A DNA stretch of 64,000 bases, from assembly GCA_013334825.1 (NCBI GenBank), contig JAAXWR010000001.1, positions 139,769-203,768 on the forward strand, in the 5' to 3' direction. Under the pieces are notes generated by a model. The model was not told the DNA's origin and made no database searches. It saw only the letters and a list, made by a program, of their open reading frames with translations. Source of the stretch: Candidatus Yonathbacteria bacterium (GTDB lineage: Bacteria > Patescibacteriota > Minisyncoccia > Phycocordibacterales > JACNGX01). Both the position numbers and the translations under genes were made by a program. The number at the start of each line of letters is the position of its first letter. Within the stretch, counting starts at the first letter, position 1. Below are positions 55,521-64,000 of the stretch, piece after piece.

Positions 55521-56237
55521 GTGACTAACATCATCGAACTTAACAATTTAGAAATGACGTACTATGACGAAGCGGTTGAGACGCGGGTATTGAAAGGTGT
55601 CTCATTCACGGTGCAAGAAGGGGAATTTGTTTCCATTATGGGACCTTCTGGTTCTGGAAAATCTACCCTCCTGCATATTTTGGGATTTTTGGAACGTCCA
55701 ACAGGAGGTGCCTATATGTTTGATGGAAAGTCGATGCAAGAGTATACAGAAGAAGAACTCGCACACGTGCGTAATGATAACATGGGTTTTATTTTTCAGA
55801 CATTTAATCTTCTCCCGCGCACGTCCGTGCTTGAAAATGTGAAATTGCCATTACTGTATTCTGGCATCAAAGAATCTGAATGGGATGAACTTGCACGTGA
55901 AGCTATTGAGGCGGTAGGTCTTGGGCATAGAGTTGAATATGAACCGTCTCAACTTTCAGGAGGGGAGAGACAGCGTGTCGCAATCGCGCGTGCATTGGTC
56001 AATAAACCCGATGTTATTTTTGCGGATGAACCGACGGGGAACCTTGATTCAAAATCGGGAGGTCAAGTCATGGGTATCATTCAAGGTCTCCATGAAAAAG
56101 GACATACGGTTATTCTCATTACACATGAGACATATACAGCAGAATACGCTGATAGAATTATTCGTGTTCTTGACGGCAACATTGAACGTGATGAGAAAGT
56201 TGCCGTGCGACGCACCGGTGCATCATTTGTAAAATAA
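55521..56237 (+). CDS. ABC transporter ATP-binding protein (MacB/LolD-type), GTG start
   Basis: [37 protein letters not shown]. Confidence 0.9.
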   Translation: MTNIIELNNLEMTYYDEAVETRVLKGVSFTVQEGEFVSIMGPSGSGKSTLLHILGFLERPTGGAYMFDGKSMQEYTEEELAHVRNDNMGFIFQTFNLLPRTSVLENVKLPLLYSGIKESEWDELAREAIEAVGLGHRVEYEPSQLSGGERQRVAIARALVNKPDVIFADEPTGNLDSKSGGQVMGIIQGLHEKGHTVILITHETYTAEYADRIIRVLDGNIERDEKVAVRRTGASFVK

Positions 56238-56245
56238 TATATTTT

Positions 56246-57490
56246 ATGATTCTTCTTCGTACTATCAAAACATCATGGACCGCGCTTCTTATCAATAAGG
56301 CACGTTCGCTTCTTACCATACTGGGTATCGTGATTGGTGTTGCCGCAATCATTTTGATTATGGCAATAGGTCAAGGTGCGCAGGATCTCATCCTTGGTGA
56401 AATTGGTGGGCTTGGCGCTGACACGGTTATTGTCCGTCCTGGGAAACAACCAACAGGCCCTTCTGATTCGGCCAATATGCTTTTTTCAGATTCACTCAAA
56501 GAGCGTGAACTTGATGCGTTGCGCAAAAAAAGTAATGTCCCTACGCTCAAAAGCGCGGAACCAGCGGTTCTTGTCCCTGCGACTGTTTCCTATAAAGGAG
56601 AAACATACCGCCCTGAGATATTGGGGTGGTCAGCGGATAATATGAGTAATATTCTTGATATCCACATTGAACAAGGGACGTCGTTTGGTGAGAGAGAAGA
56701 TAGACAAAAAGAAAATGTCGCGGTTATTGGTGATAAAGTTCGTACAGAACTGTTTGACAATGAAGATCCCTTGGGAAAAAACATTCGTATCAAAGATAAA
56801 AACTTTCGTGTGATTGGTGTTTTTCCTCCGTCGGGACAAGCGCTCTTTGTTGATGTTGATGAACTGGTTCTTGTGCCACCCTCGACTGCGCTCACATATC
56901 TGTTAGGCTCTGATCATTACAATGAGATTATTGTTCAGGCGGAATCTTCTGATGTAGTTGATCAGACAGTGCTTGATATAGAACGAACTCTTCGCGATAT
57001 GCATGATATTACTGATCCTAAAGACGATGATTTTTTTGTTCAAACACAAAAAGAGCTTCTTTCAATGGTGGGGACTATTTTATCTGTTCTCACCGCATTT
57101 CTTGCTTCCATGGTAGCCATCTCTCTTGTGGTAGGAGGCATTGGCGTGATGAATATCATGCTCGTATCAGTGTCTGAGCGCACGCGTGAAATTGGTCTAC
57201 GTAAGGCAGTGGGCGCAACGAATGTTGATATCCGCCGCCAATTTCTTATTGAAGCAATTGTGTTAACCGGTATTGGTGGTGTGATAGGGACACTCATTGG
57301 TTTTGCGTTGTCTGCTCTCGCGGCTGTTATTTTGTCACAAGTGCTTGGCGTGGCATGGGGTATTTCATTCCCTGTAGGTGCGGCGCTTCTTGGTATCGGT
57401 GCTTCTGCTGCTGTGGGACTTGTATTTGGTTCGTACCCTGCGCGCAAAGCATCAGAAAAGAGCCCAATTGAGGCACTACGGTATGAGTAA
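56246..57490 (+). CDS. ABC transporter permease, FtsX/MacB-type (4 TM plus a large periplasmic loop)
   Basis: Periplasmic MacB-PCD-like loop and a C-terminal FtsX fold ending ...SPIEALRYE. Confidence 0.85.
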   Translation: MILLRTIKTSWTALLINKARSLLTILGIVIGVAAIILIMAIGQGAQDLILGEIGGLGADTVIVRPGKQPTGPSDSANMLFSDSLKERELDALRKKSNVPTLKSAEPAVLVPATVSYKGETYRPEILGWSADNMSNILDIHIEQGTSFGEREDRQKENVAVIGDKVRTELFDNEDPLGKNIRIKDKNFRVIGVFPPSGQALFVDVDELVLVPPSTALTYLLGSDHYNEIIVQAESSDVVDQTVLDIERTLRDMHDITDPKDDDFFVQTQKELLSMVGTILSVLTAFLASMVAISLVVGGIGVMNIMLVSVSERTREIGLRKAVGATNVDIRRQFLIEAIVLTGIGGVIGTLIGFALSALAAVILSQVLGVAWGISFPVGAALLGIGASAAVGLVFGSYPARKASEKSPIEALRYE

Positions 57491-57559
57491 AAAGAGTTGA
57501 TAAATTACATAGGATAGAGCACAATAAAAGAAGTACGCGTTCCTCTAGAAAAGAATTAT

Positions 57560-57588
57560 TTGCATATTATACCTTTTTATGGTATAAT
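57560..57588 (+). promoter_or_regulatory. near-consensus sigma70 promoter with extended -10
   Basis: TTGCAT (57560..57565), 17 nt ending in TGG, TATAAT (57583..57588); AAGGAGG SD at 57624..57630, 8 nt before the ATG. Confidence 0.6.
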
Positions 57589-57638
57589 ATAAATAATAAC
57601 TTCTTCCCAAAAATAAATAAAAAAAGGAGGGTACTGCC

Positions 57639-58040
57639 ATGTTGTGGACCCACCGAATTGAAAGAGAATATGCGGAAGTGATTCGTGAGGCGTTTTTTGA
57701 AGCCGTCACATATATCTTCCGCAAGTTTGAGGCAATCAATCCGCTTCAGGCGGAATGTTGCTTCGAACTTTTACGGAGAAACATCCTCCACGGTCTCTAT
57801 GAGACTGTTACGGAGGAGACAAGGAATCTCTTTCTCCTGAGAACATCTTCTCAGGTTGAGCCCTTTTATCTTGAGGGTGATACCTATAAGACGTTTCTTC
57901 AGGAAGTGAAGAAACATTTTCTGACCGCGCAGGTCAGAAGGATTCTCGACGCGCATGTTCTTTTATGGGAGATGCGTCTCGAAGAGATTTTTTCTTCATT
58001 TTTGGAATGCCGGCATTTGTATTCCGGCATTGCGTGCTAA
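57639..58040 (+). CDS. hypothetical 133-aa cytoplasmic protein with the strongest expression signals in the window
   Basis: Consensus promoter, SD and terminator; no recognised motif. Confidence 0.6.
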   Translation: MLWTHRIEREYAEVIREAFFEAVTYIFRKFEAINPLQAECCFELLRRNILHGLYETVTEETRNLFLLRTSSQVEPFYLEGDTYKTFLQEVKKHFLTAQVRRILDAHVLLWEMRLEEIFSSFLECRHLYSGIAC

Positions 58041-58043
58041 TAT

Positions 58044-58067
58044 CGGGCCTTCATGGCCCGTTTTTTT
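58044..58067 (+). terminator. rho-independent terminator
   Basis: cgggcc-ttcat-ggcccg followed by T7. Confidence 0.7.
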
Positions 58068-58076
58068 ATAAAACAC

Positions 58077-58104
58077 AAAAAGCGTCCGCACGGACGCTTT
58101 TTGT
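58077..58104. terminator. bidirectional terminator (serves the minus-strand CMD gene)
   Basis: aaaa-agcgtccg-cac-cggacgct-ttttt. Confidence 0.6.
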
Positions 58105-58126
58105 GTTTTATTTACTGAGAGAGATA

Positions 58127-58654
58127 TTATCGAGGCATGACACCAAGTGCATCATTGAAACGATTGATATAATTGAAAAGTCCAATTGCCGCGGTAAGCT
58201 CAACAATTTGCCCATCATTGTAATGTACGTTAAGTTCCGTGTAGATTTCCTCAGGCACTTCAAGTGCATTTTTTGTGACCGCTTCCGCATAGCGAACGGC
58301 GATTTGTTCGTCGGGACTCATCTGTGCAATATCGGTATCAACAAGACGCATGTCTTCATCAGAGACGCCAAGTTTTTTCATCATGGCTTCTGTCACTCCA
58401 ACGCAATACGCACATCCGTTTAGTTTTGAAACTTTGTATGCAATCTTCCATTTATTATCTTGCTCGACAAGTCCAGGACCCATGGTTGCTTTAAAGAGCG
58501 CATAAAATGTCGCAAGGATTTCTGGACGATGTGCCATGACGCGTGCCCATTCGGGAACGCTTCCACGAGTGTCAATAAATTCTTGAAAAACTGGTGTCGC
58601 GACACCAACAGCTTCGGTATCTTCTATGATATGTACTTGTGTAATGACGGTCAT
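58127..58654 (-). CDS. carboxymuconolactone decarboxylase (AhpD-like) family protein
   Basis: CMD-fold core with the NGCAYCV redox motif. Confidence 0.75.
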   Translation of the reverse strand: MTVITQVHIIEDTEAVGVATPVFQEFIDTRGSVPEWARVMAHRPEILATFYALFKATMGPGLVEQDNKWKIAYKVSKLNGCAYCVGVTEAMMKKLGVSDEDMRLVDTDIAQMSPDEQIAVRYAEAVTKNALEVPEEIYTELNVHYNDGQIVELTAAIGLFNYINRFNDALGVMPR

Positions 58655-58788
58655 AAGAATTAAGGGTTAAGAATTAATAAAGAACACCGCTTTTTGTTAA
58701 GTATACCACATGATATACATGAATGAATTGAAAAGGGGATAGGTGTATTGGTCTCTGATGTGTTGACGATATTACTTAAATTGATTTT

Positions 58789-60015
58789 TTATTCATAACG
58801 AAGTGCCTCAATGGGTGAAAGACGCGATGCCTTACGAGCGGGGTACCATCCAAAGATGATGCCGATGGTTGCTGAAACACCAAATGCAAGAAGTATCGGA
58901 CTTAATGTGACGGATGTAGAAAGATCACTTACTGCTCCAATGATGGTAGATGTTCCCCATCCGAATATAATACCGATGACACCACCGATAGTGGTGAGGG
59001 CGACTGCTTCTGCGAGGAATTGAAAAGTAATTTCTTTATTTTTTGCGCCAAGTGCTTTACGTAATCCAATTTCCCGTGTACGTTCTGTGACGGTAGTGAG
59101 CATCATGTTCATAATACCAATACCACCAACAAGGAGAGAAATACCCGCAACGGCTCCGAGAAGAAGTGTAAATGTTCCTGTGACAGAAGATGCGGTTTCA
59201 ACAATATCTGCTTGATTGTATACAGTGAAATCGGCAGTACCACCATCTGCAATATTATGTGTCTTCATCAACACATCAGTAACGTTTGATTGTACTGTAT
59301 CCATGTCGGCATCTTCCGCGACTTTGATATATAGTGTGTTTATTGCTTTACTCCCCGTTATATATTGTTGTTCAGTAGAAAGTGGAATAAGTATACGATC
59401 ATCCGCACTTCCAAAACCAGTACCTCCTTCTTCTGTGAGAATACCGATGACAGTAAAAATAACACCATTCATACGGATTTTTTGTCCTATTGCATCGGTA
59501 TTTTCTCCAAATAAGTCATCACGTGTAGTAGGCCCAAGAACAGCAACTTTTGCGTATCCCTTTGTTTGAGACGCAGTGATAAATGATCCTGTATCAAGGG
59601 TTATATTACGTACGTCAGCATAGGTATCTGTTACACCGACAACAGACGTGTTGGTATTGTTTCCATTCGCGACAATTTGTACACGTGTGGATACTTCAGG
59701 AGCAACACCTGAGATTCCTTGAATACTTGATGAAACTGCATCTGCGTCTTCTGTTGTTAATGTCTCAGCTGAGCCAGCTCCTTGAGATACTCCTCTCATG
59801 CCTGTGGTACGCGATGCCCCAGGATATACCATGAGAAGATTGGAACCAATAGATTCAATGCTGTCTTCGACACTTTCCTGTGCTCCTTGCCCAATGCTAA
59901 TCATTGCGATGACTGAGCCAATACCAATAACAATACCAAGAATAGTAAGTGATGAACGAACTTTATTACCAACAAGGGCCGCATATGTTTCATTGGAGAG
60001 ATCAGAAAAATGCAT
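58789..60015 (-). CDS. ABC transporter permease, FtsX/MacB-type (paralog of 56246..57490)
   Basis: Same architecture and the same C-terminal ...SPIEALRYE. Confidence 0.85.
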   Translation of the reverse strand: MHFSDLSNETYAALVGNKVRSSLTILGIVIGIGSVIAMISIGQGAQESVEDSIESIGSNLLMVYPGASRTTGMRGVSQGAGSAETLTTEDADAVSSSIQGISGVAPEVSTRVQIVANGNNTNTSVVGVTDTYADVRNITLDTGSFITASQTKGYAKVAVLGPTTRDDLFGENTDAIGQKIRMNGVIFTVIGILTEEGGTGFGSADDRILIPLSTEQQYITGSKAINTLYIKVAEDADMDTVQSNVTDVLMKTHNIADGGTADFTVYNQADIVETASSVTGTFTLLLGAVAGISLLVGGIGIMNMMLTTVTERTREIGLRKALGAKNKEITFQFLAEAVALTTIGGVIGIIFGWGTSTIIGAVSDLSTSVTLSPILLAFGVSATIGIIFGWYPARKASRLSPIEALRYE

Positions 60016-60016
60016 A

Positions 60017-60733
60017 TTATGATGTCATATGAACGCGACGTGGAGTAGCATTTTGTGAATCCGAAACAATATGCCCGTCTTTTATTTCAATAATACGTGA
60101 TGCATGTTCAGCAACATAACGTTCATGTGTGATAAGGATGATTGTATGCCCGTGTTCTTCATTGAGCTTTTGAAATGTGTCAAGAACAATTTCACCAGTT
60201 TTTGAATCGAGATTTCCTGTTGGTTCATCAGCAAAAATAATTGAGGGGTTGTTGACAAGCGCGCGTGCAATTGCAACACGTTGCATTTGCCCACCAGAAA
60301 GTTGATTAGAAAGGTGATCCCATCTATCTTCAGGAAGCCCTGCCGCGTGAAGTGCCTGCTCTGCGCGAGCGTGACGTTCTTGTACGGGGACGACGTTGTC
60401 ATAAATGAGTGGAAGCATAACATTACGAAGGACAGTCGCTCGTGATAAAAGATTGAACGACTGAAAGACAAAACCAATATTGCGTCCGCGAATATCCGCG
60501 AGTTCATCATCTGAAAGCGCGAGCATGTCATGGTTGTTGAGAACATAGGAACCACTGGTCGGACGGTCGAGAGCACCAAGAATATGCATGAGCGTTGATT
60601 TTCCTGATCCAGACGTTCCAATGATAGCAACGAATTCGCCTGTATCCACAGAAAAAGAAACATCATGAAGAACAGTGAGCTCATTATCTTTTCCGATGTT
60701 ATATGTTTTAACAAGGTTTGCGCAAGAAATCAT
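60017..60733 (-). CDS. ABC transporter ATP-binding protein, MacB/LolD-type (paralog of 55521..56237)
   Basis: [37 protein letters not shown]. Start at MISCANL; the stop overlaps the permease start. Confidence 0.88.
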   Translation of the reverse strand: MISCANLVKTYNIGKDNELTVLHDVSFSVDTGEFVAIIGTSGSGKSTLMHILGALDRPTSGSYVLNNHDMLALSDDELADIRGRNIGFVFQSFNLLSRATVLRNVMLPLIYDNVVPVQERHARAEQALHAAGLPEDRWDHLSNQLSGGQMQRVAIARALVNNPSIIFADEPTGNLDSKTGEIVLDTFQKLNEEHGHTIILITHERYVAEHASRIIEIKDGHIVSDSQNATPRRVHMTS

Positions 60734-60865
60734 AGAAGGACAAATATTGTGAGTAATGAACAATGACAATGTTGGTGGAAAGGTGGTGTGTAAGAGAATT
60801 TTTTGTGTGAAAAAAGATGGTGTAAGAATATATAATAAGATATACCGTATAATCAAAAATACTTC

Positions 60866-62674
60866 TTATCTCATCCCAGGACCCATTCCAGGAATACCCA
60901 TACCACCACCTGAAGGCATTGCATTTTCTACTTCGGACGAGGAGGTTGTCCTTGTTGATGAAGAAGAAATGACGGTGTCTCCCACAACTAATCCTTCCAT
61001 AATAACGGTGACAGTATCATTTGATGGTCCTATTGTGACTGGCGTTTGTGTTGGTATACCCTCTGTTATGAGCATGACGGATGATATACCATCTTTTGTT
61101 TGTACTGCTTCATTAGAAATAACAAGAGCGGGAGAAATTGATTCCGTAATAATTTCAGCGGTGAGTGTCATACCTGGCTTGATACGCGTATCATCAGTCT
61201 CAAATACAATATCAACGTCATAGGTGACGACACCTTGGCTGACTGTTCCTAATACATCGACTTCCGCAACGGTTCCAACGATGGAGAGATCGGATACAGC
61301 ATCAAACGTGATACGGACACTATCACCTACATCAACTCCTTCAACGTCAACTTCATTGAGCGATATTGTTGCCATAAGTCCTTCGCCTATGATATTTCCA
61401 ATACTTGCGTTTGAGGAGACGCTGTCACCAACTACGATATCCAACGATGCCAATGTTCCCGAAACAGGTGCGATAATAAACATATCTGCATAGGACGCTT
61501 GCGCGTCCGCGAGGGCGTTTTTCTTTTGAAGGAGTGAAAGTTCTTGGCTCCGTATGTCATAACTATCTGCTCCCGCGGTAATATCATTAAGATCAGCTTG
61601 TTTTTCAATAATTGCACGTTCCGCAACGATAAGTGCTTTTTCATTATTCTCAATAGAACGAATCGATGATAATAATGATGTAATATGATTATTTGTTGTC
61701 CCTGTATGGGAAGAAAGGGATGAAAGATGTGTTGCAGAAAGTGAATCAATAGAGAGGTCACGTTCTGAAAGCTCGTCACGATATAATTGAATAAGGTCAT
61801 TCATGCTTTTGACCGCGTCTGAAGTAAGCTTCATCGCCGTGTATGTTTCGTTCATAAGAGAGGCAATTGTCTCTTTGTCGGAGTATCGAGACGCATTTTT
61901 ATACGCAGTAAACGCCGCGTCGTACGCAGTTTTTGCTTTTGTGTAGGCATCGTAGGCATCATCTGCGAATGATGCTGCACGTGTATCGTATTGTCCCGCG
62001 ACACTTGCATAATAGTCAATATTCCATTGTCCATTTCCAGCAATATCATCAGAGAAGAGTATGTCCTGAAGACCTTCAATGACATCAGGCATATCAAGAA
62101 AAGCATCCGCGACATCATTAAATCCATCTTCATATCCTTCTGTTATTGATTCTTCAGCGTCTCTTTTTTCATCTTGTGCATCACTGAGGGCGTTTGTCGC
62201 TTTTAAAACGTCAACATCATCAGCCGCTGCCATGAGTTTGTCATAGGAAAGCTGTGCGCTTTCGAGAGCAATTTTTGCATCACGAAGTGTCTTCGCGGCA
62301 TCTTTTCCGTCAAGTGTGGCGATAACCGCACCCTTTGTAATATACTGTCCTTTTTTCGCAGATACTGAGACAACAGCACCTGAGGTTTCCGCATGTATTT
62401 CAATATCCCGTTCGGCTGCAACTTGTCCTGATCCTGAAACAGTTTTTTCAAACGTAGTACTTGTTACTGTATCAGTTGTCGGTATGGATGGTTTTTCATT
62501 AGTAGTTGTTGATTTCCATATAAGAAATCCAATAACAAAACAGAGTAAGATTCCCACAATACTCACAAGAATTTTATGCGCGGATATAAAAGAAATAGTT
62601 GTTTTTTTGATGTGTGAAAAAGAGATGTTCATAAGAAAAATAAAAAATAATAAATAGATATAGACAACAAACAA
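60866..62674 (-). CDS. HlyD-family periplasmic adaptor (paralog of 53512..55128) with a Gly/Met-rich C-terminal tail
   Basis: TM helix, lipoyl-like segments and long coiled coils; tail MPSGGGMGIPGMGPGMR. Confidence 0.8.
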   Translation of the reverse strand: MFVVYIYLLFFIFLMNISFSHIKKTTISFISAHKILVSIVGILLCFVIGFLIWKSTTTNEKPSIPTTDTVTSTTFEKTVSGSGQVAAERDIEIHAETSGAVVSVSAKKGQYITKGAVIATLDGKDAAKTLRDAKIALESAQLSYDKLMAAADDVDVLKATNALSDAQDEKRDAEESITEGYEDGFNDVADAFLDMPDVIEGLQDILFSDDIAGNGQWNIDYYASVAGQYDTRAASFADDAYDAYTKAKTAYDAAFTAYKNASRYSDKETIASLMNETYTAMKLTSDAVKSMNDLIQLYRDELSERDLSIDSLSATHLSSLSSHTGTTNNHITSLLSSIRSIENNEKALIVAERAIIEKQADLNDITAGADSYDIRSQELSLLQKKNALADAQASYADMFIIAPVSGTLASLDIVVGDSVSSNASIGNIIGEGLMATISLNEVDVEGVDVGDSVRITFDAVSDLSIVGTVAEVDVLGTVSQGVVTYDVDIVFETDDTRIKPGMTLTAEIITESISPALVISNEAVQTKDGISSVMLITEGIPTQTPVTIGPSNDTVTVIMEGLVVGDTVISSSSTRTTSSSEVENAMPSGGGMGIPGMGPGMR

Positions 62675-62688
62675 TATGTCGTTTTACC

Positions 62689-62744
62689 CGACGCCACACT
62701 CTCTTTTTGTTGTGTGTGAATTGAAAAGAGGGTGTGGCGTCGAA
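62689..62744. other. long inverted repeat (~18-bp stem, 16-nt loop) between the hlyD start and an upstream small ORF
   Basis: gacgccacactctctttt ... aaaagagggtgtggcgtc. Confidence 0.5.
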
Positions 62745-62801
62745 CGAGAACTATTGCGATGCGTTCCCGTGAGACGGAGACTGTTATTGTGTTATTTCAA
62801 T

Positions 62802-63125
62802 TTACTCGGAAGGCATTATTTGTATTTCTGGAGTTGTTGAGGATGTTGAATCACCGCCTCTTTTTGATTGAGCAGAACCATTTACAGGCATAGAGGGACG
62901 ATTTTCTTCACGTCCAGACATATCTTCACGCGCATGCATTATCCTCTCTCCTTGTGGAGGACGTGTTGCGTGTGTGAATGTATTCCATGCAAATATACCG
63001 ATTATGATTACTGCAAGAATACTTATTACTGTGAGAAGTGACTTTTTATGCGTGAAAAAAAATCTGTTGCCACTGTTTTTATGAGTATCTTTTTTATCTT
63101 GAGATACATGTTCTTCTGTGTGCAT
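62802..63125 (-). CDS. hypothetical small single-pass membrane protein
   Basis: One TM helix and an S/T-rich C-terminus. Confidence 0.4.
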   Translation of the reverse strand: MHTEEHVSQDKKDTHKNSGNRFFFTHKKSLLTVISILAVIIIGIFAWNTFTHATRPPQGERIMHAREDMSGREENRPSMPVNGSAQSKRGGDSTSSTTPEIQIMPSE

Positions 63126-63255
63126 AAAGTAGAGTGTGTAAAATAATACACATCGAGACGAATAATGGTTTTGAATATCCTTATGAAAGAATATTCTTCT
63201 AAAAAAGAATAGAAGATGATACCTCGCGACGTATCGTTACTATTGTTTGCCTGTG

Positions 63256-63285
63256 GGGTATGTCAGTTCTTTTTTTGTGTGAAAA
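63256..63285 (-). terminator. terminator-like hairpin
   Basis: agttcttttttt-gtgtg-aaaaaagaact. Confidence 0.45.
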
Positions 63286-63395
63286 AAGAACTCGGGTCTC
63301 CGTCCCACACCATCTCCATGCGGGGCGGAGGACCGAAGCTCTCTTTTCATACGGAAATGTTTCCGTAGTATCTATAGAGAAGTACTGATTAGGAA

Positions 63396-63899
63396 TTAGG
63401 AATTATCGGATGTGTCAGTATCTCTCTGGCGACCGTTTCCGTTGCGAGGACCATGTCCTTCTCCTTCACCATGACCTTGGGGGTCACGCTCGGACATGTG
63501 TGCAAGGCGTTCATCAGCCTCTTCTTGAGTAAGAGTGCCGTTTGCGACAAGTTCAGATACATGTTCTTTCATGCGTTCTTCAGCTTTCGCCCGGAGAGCG
63601 GTATGGATGGTTTCTGAATCAAGACCGTTTTCAGAAAGGATGTCGCGCATATTTTTTCCTTCTTCAAATGCTGTCTTGATAATATCTTCTGATAACCCAG
63701 TCACTTCGGATATTTCGGTGATACGTTCCGCTTCATGTGTCGCACGTTCTTCTTCTGACATTGCTGGTTCACGTTCTTGTCCACAGGTGCATGTATCATT
63801 TCCGCTGGAAGCGTTTACATATCCATATGCGGATCCAGCGAGAGTGAGTGCAAGAGCGCCCATGAGGAAATAATTGAGTTTTGTTGGTTGTGTTGTCAT
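63396..63899 (-). CDS. hypothetical secreted protein (signal peptide, acidic, disordered Gly/Glu-rich C-terminus)
   Basis: MTTQPTKLNYFLMGALALTLAGSAYG signal-like N-terminus; no motif. Confidence 0.5.
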   Translation of the reverse strand: MTTQPTKLNYFLMGALALTLAGSAYGYVNASSGNDTCTCGQEREPAMSEEERATHEAERITEISEVTGLSEDIIKTAFEEGKNMRDILSENGLDSETIHTALRAKAEERMKEHVSELVANGTLTQEEADERLAHMSERDPQGHGEGEGHGPRNGNGRQRDTDTSDNS

Positions 63900-63936
63900 A
63901 AATAAAATAAGTTTATTATGAATAATAAGGAGATGT

Positions 63937-64000
63937 ATGAATATGATTGTCGACTGTGCATCGACAAGAAAAGGACATAGGACGTACGTTTCCGTATGCG
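63937..64000 (+). CDS. partial ORF whose start is in the window and which runs off the right edge, preceded by an AAGGAG SD
   Basis: taAGGAGatgtATGAATATGATTGTCGACTGTGCATCG... with no stop before the window end. Confidence 0.25.
   Translation, partial: MNMIVDCASTRKGHRTYVSVC

Noticed and set aside
1-64000. tRNA, rRNA or tmRNA genes in the spacers
   Set aside because: I scanned the intergenic regions for T-loop-like GGTTCGAWTCC and acceptor/anticodon-arm architecture and found none. The only GTTCGA occurrences lie inside coding regions (nusB, the SIMPL gene). I cannot exclude atypical tRNAs without a covariance-model search.

Overview
This 64-kb window comes from a compact bacterial chromosome and is dominated by core housekeeping genes. 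They include a glycosyltransferase (GT2), pheS/pheT, gyrB, thrS, dnaE, dcd, rnhB, rpmF, nusB, rnc, smc, rnr, rpsP, khpA, trmD, pilT/pilC, the unusual contiguous block rpoB-rpoC-dnaG-rpoD, and a sufB-sufS-sufU-sufC-sufT operon. There is also an envelope block with DsbA-like, SIMPL, two paralogous HlyD/ABC-ATPase/FtsX (MacAB-type) efflux clusters and an AhpD/CMD-family gene. Almost none of the recognisable genes has a Shine-Dalgarno sequence, several ribosomal and RNA-binding proteins carry lysine- or acid-rich tails, and type IV pilus ATPase/platform genes are present. Together these suggest, by inference only, a small-genome Patescibacteria/CPR-like organism. No rRNA, tRNA or CRISPR array was found. 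The most unusual things I can see are: (i) a PheT whose B5 domain carries a ~150-aa NlpC/P60-like cysteine-peptidase module while the N-terminal OB-fold is absent; (ii) a NusB-NUDIX fusion protein; (iii) AT-rich orphan genes inserted into the otherwise conserved pheS-pheT and rpsP-khpA-trmD operons; (iv) intergenic space built almost entirely from a small vocabulary of dispersed repeats, namely a REP-like 24-bp palindrome CCCTGCACCACGTAGGGTGCAGGG with modular flanks, 11-bp GCGGAA-type tandem arrays at gene 3' ends that even run into coding C-termini, and 7-bp GAATCAA-type arrays; (v) a very few orphan ORFs that, unlike the rest of the genome, have consensus SD sites, one of them with a textbook TTGCAT-17-TATAAT promoter, sitting between the two efflux clusters. 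All functional calls rest on remembered family motifs, not on database searches.
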